DNA from: Octopus vulgaris
Taxonomy: Eukaryota
NCBI GenBank assembly: GCA_951406725.2
Contig: OX597816.1
Coordinates: forward strand, 79,856,001 to 79,920,000
Reading direction: 5' to 3'
DNA: 64,000 nucleotides
Shown here: piece by piece, positions 55,751 to 64,000 of the stretch
How the letters are laid out: each line of letters opens with the position of its first letter
Numbering within the stretch: position 1 is the stretch's first letter
Notes under the pieces: model-generated
Database searches by the model: none
What the model was told of the DNA's origin: nothing
What the model saw: the letters and a program-made list of their open reading frames with translations, nothing else
Made by a program: the position numbers and the translations under genes

Positions 55751-56358
55751 TTGCTTGACGCCTTTGACATCAGCACTTTATACGATTTTAGTGATGAGGT
55801 GGCAGGTAAATTTGTACACCCGCACACGCACGCGCATGCACACAGACACACATACACATATATTGACATTTTATATCAGAAAAGTTTTTTTCTTTTACCA
55901 CTATTATTGAAAAGAATTTTTTTCCCATTTACTGTGATTCTGACCATTATTTGACAGTTGCTCGCCACAGATATATTTTATCACTTAAGTGTACAGTTAG
56001 CAAAGCAATTTTATGACTTTGTATTAAATATATAACTGATGTCGTTTTTCGCTGGAGTTAGTGTTAAAAATATGCACTCACTTTAATTTAGAATATTTCA
56101 GCTAGAAGCTGAAACTTCACAAATTGTTATGCTGAGTCACCTCCTAACGATCGAATGATTATTGTCCTTTAATCTAGCTCAAAATGATCAGTTAGGAATT
56201 AGATAAATATAAAAAAGACCACAAAAGCCAAAGCCAGTTAGTGAAAGAGCTTTACAAAGAACGGTTGGCAGTAATCTCAGCATTGTTGTTTTCATTTATT
56301 TCCTTGGGTGCTTGTGTTTCTACGTAAAATCTGAACACGAATAAATTTTACACTTAGC

Positions 56359-56900
56359 AAAAATCTAATGGTAGACCAATTTACTGTAATAATTTCTTAT
56401 TTAGTTTAGGGCTAAATGTTTGGGGGTGCTTGTCGATTAAATTAACCCCGGTACATGACTGGTATTTTATCGCATATAAAATTAAATTGGCCAATCTTGA
56501 ATTTAGTTCCTCATACACGCATGATACGTTTCCTTGAAATTTAGGCAGCAAGTTGTACCAGTTTGAAAATTTTAAAACTATCTTTCAAGGTATTCATGTA
56601 TTTGAGATGTTAGGCTGCTGCGGGTGCACTCCATAATTCTTACCTCCAAACCATATGCATTCAAATAAATTGATTCGGAGATATTTTCAAATTTTGAAAA
56701 TTATGAATCACATCATCTCTGTTTTTTTTTAATGATTTTAGTAAAAATCAAAGCCACCTAAAAAAAAATCTCGAGATTTCTCCTTTAATCTCGGAAAATT
56801 TTTACATATTGGAAATCTGAATACGAATAAAAAAAATCTAATGGTAGATCAATTTACTGTAATAATTTCTTATTTAGTTTAGGGCTAATTGTTTGGGGGT
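56359..56900. repeat. Direct repeat pair of about 70 bp (56359-56427, 56832-56900)
   Basis: aaaaatctaatggtaga.caatttactgtaataatttcttatttagtttagggctaa.tgtttgggggt occurs twice. Confidence 0.85.
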
Positions 56901-56933
56901 GTTTGTGCATGTGTGTACATAATACATATATAC

Positions 56934-56991
<58 letters not shown>

Positions 56992-57004
56992 GTATATGTA
57001 TATG

Positions 57005-57171
57005 TTTGTGTGTTTTTGTTTGTCCCTTCCAACATCGCTTGACAACCGATAGAATAAGTACTAGGCTTACAAAGAATAAGTCTTGGGGTCGATTTGCTCG
57101 ACTAAAGGCGGTGCTCCAGCATGGCCGTAGTCAAATGACTAGAACAAATAAAAGAATAAAAGAATAAAAGA

Positions 57172-57172
<1 letters not shown>
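57005..57172 (+). mobile_element. SINE family A, internally deleted tail
   Basis: accgatagaataagtactaggcttacaaagaataag...aaaagaataaaagaat. Confidence 0.8.
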
Positions 57173-57217
<45 letters not shown>

Positions 57218-58084
57218 TTATATGTGTGTATATTCATAAACATGCATGCACATACACACACAGGCACGCACACGTATATGTTTATTTCTATGCTCCAATA
57301 CATCCATTCGCTTATACTTGCAGGCGTGCATGTTTCTATACTTACATATATCCATGTACATGTACTTACATGTATACTTGTCTTTTATAGATGTACGCAG
57401 AAGCTAAAGTGTGCATATATTCATAGCTTATACATATATAGAGAGAAACATGCACACTTACGTGCATTCATACGTACTCACACATATCTCCATATCTACA
57501 TTTATACATACATCTGAGCACCCATACATACATATCACAATGGAAGACACGTGACAATATATTTTTTGCCAGAGAAAAAGCAGAGGCGTGTTGAAACATA
57601 AGGAAACTGACACTTCCACTTACAGCTTAGGTTTTTCTTTTTCTTTCACTTTCGTTTTACACATTTTGAATAGCGAATTGATTTTTTCCCTCCATTTTGT
57701 TTCTATTTTGTTTAGCTTTGTTTTCTCTTAAACGTTCCATTCTGCTTTTATTTGCCGTTTGACAGCCACTCATCCACTTGAGTTTATTGACTGGTTTGGC
57801 TTTCAACCAAAGTGTGTGCATTTAGATAAAATAGAAGACAAGCGAGCTTGATCGTGCCTGGAAAGGCGTCGTCAAAGAAAAGTGCTGGATAAACTTGATC
57901 CAACCGCTGTCATAAAAGTAGTTGGCCAACAATTCTGTCCGTCTTACATTTTCTGCAGTTAATCACCAATACGTTTTGTTCTTAGACAAATATCCGTCAC
58001 CTAAGTTATATAAAAGTGAACATTCGTACGTTGCATTTATCTACATAAATGCACACACACACACACACGCATTCACACATGCAT

Positions 58085-58136
<52 letters not shown>

Positions 58137-58157
58137 GTGTACATATACATATGTATA

Positions 58158-58230
<73 letters not shown>

Positions 58231-59070
58231 ACACACACACGTATACATACATATATACATAATGGTAGATAGATCTCTGTATTTAAATGCACGCTAACAC
58301 ATATTAGGGGAAGGCTATTTGATCGGTACATAAATGTGTATACACATCCTATACACATGCGCATACGTACACACACACACGTGTGTGTGTGTGTGAGTAT
58401 GTGCATGCGTTTATGTATGTGCATGCGTTTAAGTATGTGCATGCGTTTATGTATGTATGATATAGAGACAGAGACATGTATTAAGAAATATATTTATTCA
58501 TAAAGGAGCGTATAATATTTTGTCAAATGTTTATCTCCCCCTCATACTTACCCTCTTCTTTCATCTTCATTTTGTCTGTTGTGAGCGTTTATGCGGGTGC
58601 GCATGCGTACATAATACATGCATACATGTATACATTTATACATACATGCATATGTGTGTGCGCATGCGTACATAATACATGCATACATGTATACATTTAT
58701 ACATACATGCATATGTTTGTGTGCGTGTGCATATACGTGTATATATATATATATATATATACACATATATATGTATGTATTTATATATGTGTACATGAAT
58801 ATAAATATATACATACACAATACACACACACGCACGCAAACACACATACACACACATATGCATTGCGTATATTTAAATTCTCACTAAACTGCCACCATTC
58901 TTCCAGTCACTCATTCCATTAGCGTATCAAAGGCTCTCATCTTTCTCCCCCACTGCTTATTTGTTGCTCCTCTATGATTCTATTACCTACATATACGTAC
59001 ATGCATAAAATTACATACACCCAACTATAAACGTGTGAGCTTTCACGCAAGTATATATATATGTGTGTGT

Positions 59071-59110
<40 letters not shown>

Positions 59111-59223
59111 GAGTGTGTGTCTGTGTGTGTTTATATATATGAGTGTGTGTGTGTGTGTGTGCGTAGTGCTTGTTTGTGTATGTTTGGCGGTGCGTGTGTT
59201 TGTGTGTTCCTTTTTACCTTCAT

Positions 59224-59472
59224 GTAGTGGCTTAGTGGATAGGGTGTCAGCATCATGATCGTAAGATTGTGGTTTCGATTCCTGGACCGGGCCGGGCGAC
59301 ACATTGTGTTCTTGAGCACGTTGCTCCAGTTCACTCAGCTGGCAAAAATGAGTAACGCTGCGGTGGACTGGCGTCCCGTCCAGCTGGGGAACACATGCAC
59401 CATAGAAACCGGGAAACCGTGCCCATGAGCTTGGCTAGGCTTTAAAAGGGCGCATTTATTTTATTTTATTTT
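59224..59472 (+). mobile_element. SINE family B
   Basis: tRNA head tggcttagtgg...gtttcgattcc; core gtgttcttgagca; (TTTTA)n tail. Confidence 0.75.
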
Positions 59473-59650
59473 TATACCTTTATGTAGACGTGGGCGAGAA
59501 GATAGGTTTCGGTATGCTCTAAACATGTACAACGTTATTGTTTCGATTCTCGGGCGAGGTATTTAACGTCACTTACACTTCGTGCCTGAATATATCCTCG
59601 AGCAAAATGCACGCAGTAGAGTGAAAAAAGATCAAGCTTTCAGGGGTTAA

Positions 59651-59779
<129 letters not shown>

Positions 59780-59953
59780 CGTATGTATGTGTCTGTGTAT
59801 GTGCATGTATGATTCTCTCTTTCTTTGTTTCTCCCCTCTCTCTTCCTCTCTATCTCCCCATGTATATATATATATATATAATTTAATAAATAAAATATAT
59901 GCCTACATACATACATATATGTACGTACCTACATCTACATGAATATATATACA

Positions 59954-60049
<96 letters not shown>

Positions 60050-60195
60050 TACAGGACACCACAAATAGACGTAGAACTCAACGAGAAACGAAAACATAAA
60101 AACAAACATCTATCTATCTATATATATATACACACGTATATATGTATTTTTAACAACGAAAAACAGAGTACAAGACAAACAATACAAGGAATATT

Positions 60196-60270
60196 CCCCT
60201 TCATCAGCTGTCCCTGGTTCGACTCCATGCGTGTTTCGAAGGTAAGGACAGAACACGCCCCGTCGAACCA
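60196..60270 (-). ncRNA. Non-circularly permuted (pseudoknotted) hammerhead-like ribozyme
   Basis: Minus strand: TGGTTCGAC-ggg-GCGTGT-T-CTGTCCT-tac-CTTC-GAA-ACACGC-atgga-GTCGAACCA-GGGACAG-CTGATGA-a-GGGG. Intact core; four helices can be drawn. Confidence 0.7.
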
Positions 60271-60619
60271 ATCCTTCCTGCAAAAGAATTAAATAAAATT
60301 CTTTTGCAGAGGGGTAAAAACAAGGAAAGAAAAAAATGTGACAAGAACAGGACGTAAAAGCAATACAAATAAAAATACAAATACAAAAAAATACAGTACA
60401 CATAAAGAATAAAAACAGGACAAAGAAACCAACATTGAGGGCCTTTTTTTAAGCCTAGACGATGGAAAAATTCAGAGCGCAAGAAAAAAGTCGTGTTGAC
60501 TAGTAGATACACGTATATATGCATTATGTATATGTACATATACATATGCATATGTGTATAAATAAAACAAATGGGTTACCCATATACGTTTATTTTCCGT
60601 AGGAGAGCGCGCTCTCTCT

Positions 60620-60845
60620 CTCTCTCCTCTTTACTTATTTCTTTTCCCCTTGCCTTTTTCTTCTTTCTGTGTATCCGACGAAGGACTATGTCCGAAACGT
60701 TACACATTTACTCTACAACTTTCTCTTTACAACTTTTCCCTTCTTTCTGCATCAGCCTATTAACAGTAACTGTGAACGTCCCGAGGACTTTTGATTTTTT
60801 TTAATTTGGTTTTGTCTTTTGTTATTAATTTGCTCTCTGTCGATA
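60620..60845 (+). mobile_element. Short element with a minimal hammerhead-like motif (60668-60706)
   Basis: tgtgtat-CCGACGA-A-GGAC.tat.GTCC-GAA-ACGT-T-acaca. Confidence 0.55.
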
Positions 60846-61470
60846 TATATGTTAACATACAAAGTAAAACAAAACGTAAGATTGTTTATATCATATTTCG
60901 TCACATCTTATGTACATTTTGCTAACATAAATTGATTAATGGTTATATAAAATAAATTCAATTAGCAAAATATTATCAATTGGCTCGAGATGCGTAATTT
61001 TATATGTAGCAATACTGGAATAAGGAGATGTTAACAGAATCAACCATCATGGAGATTGTCGCTTGTTATTTATGTTTTTTGTTTCCATATTTTTGCTGCA
61101 AGTTGTTTGAATTTTATGTGACCTTATGCATTTTCTTGAAGTCATATTTTTACTGATTAAGGTCATTCCAGAAGTAGAATTATTAGGCAAGGAGGAGACA
61201 TATAAACAAAAGTTATAGTAAGTCAGACAAGCGGGAGTCAACTAAAAAAGTGTAGATATATGAAACGAAACACCAGCAATGAAATGAAACTAAATACGCC
61301 CAGGAAAGCGGCAGAAAATAATCTAACGCTTAGAACTTATTCCCTTTATCAAGGAGAAGGAAAGTAATTAGAAAAGCAAGAAAGAATAGAAAGAAACGAT
61401 ACCGAATTTATGACTTCTGCCTGTATTAGGGCTGGTATATAAACGTGCATCTTTTATTGCTTTTCATTTA

Positions 61471-61501
61471 CTTTGAGAAAGGGCATAACTCGAAACGTCA
61501 G
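61471..61501 (+). ncRNA. Degenerate minimal hammerhead-like motif, U3:A8 variant
   Basis: CT-TTGAGAA-A-GGG.cataa.CTC-GAA-ACGT-C-AG; stem I is only 2 bp. Confidence 0.4.
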
Positions 61502-61670
61502 ATTCTTTCTTGTGCCTTTCTCTCAATCACTTGTTTCTATATTTTCGATTTTTTTTACTCCTCCTTTTACTATTGTTATTCGTTTTATTTGTGTGACACA
61601 CACACGCACACACACACATGCACACACCCGCACGCACACACACAAATATACAGACGTGTGTGTAAGTGAA

Positions 61671-61945
61671 GGCGCGTGGTTTAGTGGTTAGGGCGTTCGG
61701 ATCACGATCGTAAATTTGAGAGTTCAGTTCCCGACGGCACTTTGTGCTCTTGAGCAAGACACTTTATTTTATGGGTCTCCAATTCACTCAACAGGCAAAA
61801 ATGAGTTGTACCTATATTTCAAAGGGCCACCCTTATCACTTTGTGTGTCACGTTGAATCTCCCTGAGAACAATGTTAAAGGTAGGTGTGCCTGTGGAGTG
61901 CTTAGCCACGTTCGGAACCCTGGTTGTCGTACCCGAGTGAGTGCC
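61671..61945 (+). mobile_element. SINE family B
   Basis: ggcgcgtggtttagtggttagggcgttcg...gagttcagttcc...cttgagcaagacacttt. Confidence 0.75.
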
Positions 61946-62395
61946 AGTTTAGTGATGCATATGTGTGTGTGCTTATGTTTGTGTCTGTGCTTATGTATGT
62001 ATGTATACATGCATATATATTTGTATACATATACTTATACACACACATGCAGATTATATATAGATATAGATATGAAGAGATATATGCATATATTATCTTC
62101 TCTTTCATTCTTTTTATTACTCCATTCCACTGGAGCAGTTCTTCTCATAGAGAAAAGCTATTAGGGCAGAAGATAAGTAAAACTTGCTATGTTTAATAGC
62201 ATTACAATGGCTTTAAACTCATCCAATACCATGGCGATTAAAGAATTATATGGAAGTTTGAGTGGGTGTAAATCCACTGATTTTCTTTTTTTTTTTTGTT
62301 GGAGCTGTTTCTTGTCGAGTTGGGAAGTGCTGCGCTCGCACATCGAAGTATTATTTCTCTCCCCATGTTTCTACTGTATTACAGAAATATACAGA

Positions 62396-62816
62396 AAGGC
62401 GGCGAGCTGCCAGAAACGTTAGCACGCCGGGGAATTGCTTAGCAGTATTTCGTCTGCCGCTACGTCTGAGTTCAAATTCCGCCGAGGTCGACCTTGCCTC
62501 TCATCCTTTCGGGGTCGATAAATTAAGTACCAGTTACGTACTGGGGTCGATATAATCGACTTAATCCGTTTGTCTGTCCTTGTTTGTCCTCTCTGTGTTT
62601 ATCCCTTTGTGGGTAGTAAAGAAATAGGTATTTCGTCTCTCGCTACGTCCTGAGTTCAAAATTCCACCGAGGTCGACTTTACCTTTCATCCTTTCGGGGA
62701 CGATGAAATAAATGCCAGTTACGCACTGGGATCGATATAATCGACTTAATCCGTTTGTTTGTCCTTGTTTGTCCCCTCTGTGTGTAGCCCCTTGTGGGCA
62801 GTAAAGAAATAAGAAA
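62396..62816 (+). mobile_element. SINE family C with a tandemly duplicated body
   Basis: gtatttcgtct...gagttcaaattcc.ccgaggtcgac...gtaaagaaata occurs twice (about 62446-62626 and about 62628-62816). Confidence 0.85.
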
Positions 62817-64000
62817 TTTACAGAAACAACCCAATACGCACACACATGCGCGCGCGTATACAGAGACTGGTACGAAGCGAAAAAAGAATTTAAATACCTC
62901 ATCATAGAATCGAAACCACAACGTAAATTCGTTTTTTCGAATATCCACCACTCTCATGCATGCGCATAACACATAACTGTGTGTTTCCCCTTGCTTTTAA
63001 TGTTTTAGTCACCTGTACAATGTAATACACGCATACACCTTTCCTTTAATTGACTATTAAACAATATATAAACATACATATGTGTGTGTATGTAAGTGTG
63101 TGTGTGTGTACATGTGTGTGTGTGTATGTGTGTATGTGTGTGTATGTATGTGTGTGTGTATGTGTAATTTACTTGACTATTAAACAACCTGTTAATTACT
63201 CATTTGATTTCTTACTCTCTACCAATCGGTGCCGCCCCATATTGTCTAATGGCAGATGGATTGGAAGTGACAATGGGTAAAGGTGGAAAAAAGGTTATAC
63301 AAGTAATAAAGGAGAAAAAGAGTAACAGAGTAGAAGTTGTAAAAACAGTAGAATGAATATTAAAAATAAAAAAGAAAGGGAAAAAATCCAAAAGAACATC
63401 GACAATGTATAACTAACTCAGCGCTGCTAAAACTCTCTTTTGTATCACACTTCCGTTTGGCTTTCTGTTATGGCATAACCCTAGGCCGACTTCATGTCTG
63501 TTTTGTCCTCCCCTCTCTTTTCAATGTTTTAGGCACCTGTATAATAGAATACAATAGAGTACATGTTACGGGGATGTACGATCAAGCTTCAGGAAATCGA
63601 TCAGGGCGTGAAACGATTCTAATATACACGCGTATATCCATTTGCAAATGTATTTTTCCATATAGATCAACATGGATGCACAAAATTAAAAGGAAATTCA
63701 TATTTGTTTGAATATTGAAACGGCCGTATAATCTTTTAGAAATCTTTTCACACTGGTACCGTGTTTAACATTGTCAGATGTGACTGCCAACCAGTTTTAA
63801 TTGTTCGAATCTAAAGAAATGTGTGTAATCAAACAAGAAGCTTTTAGATGAATCTATTTATAAAAAAAAAAAGAGAAAAAATACTAAAGAAAATGAAAAC
63901 TCCAACAAAACATACAAAAGATTCAGTGAAGCGTTGTTTGTATACACAGCTCGAGGTGAGTAAAATCTAAAGAGAATAAGCGCATTGCTGTTATTGTCGT

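Noticed and set aside
58599-58715. Spaced or tandem repeats as a CRISPR-like array
   Set aside because: Only a two-copy 60-bp duplication in low-complexity eukaryotic DNA; no repeat-spacer array or cas genes.
59224-59290. tRNA-like sequences at SINE heads
   Set aside because: A/B boxes are present but there is no complete cloverleaf, and they continue into SINE cores; these are not tRNA genes.

Overview
AT-rich, microsatellite-saturated animal DNA. The SINE families and repeat style suggest a cephalopod (Octopus-like); this is inference. One host gene is visible: coding exon 1 of an NK2.2/vnd-class homeobox gene on the minus strand (ATG 9959 to GT donor after 8393), greatly expanded by homopolymer tracts. 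Its homeobox exon is not in the window. The rest is intron or upstream DNA filled with tRNA-derived SINEs, decayed Penelope-like elements (PLE), R4/Dong, HERO and CR1-like LINE fragments, mariner remnants, a hAT MITE and two non-autonomous Helitrons. The most notable hidden layer is a set of about 10 hammerhead-ribozyme-like motifs in short (TA)n-embedded elements. These include one canonical motif, U3:A8 compensatory variants, and at least two whose core strands are in a non-circularly permuted (pseudoknotted) order. There are also several long fold-back elements, two of which share a 3' terminus. All folds and homologies were read by eye; no searches were run.
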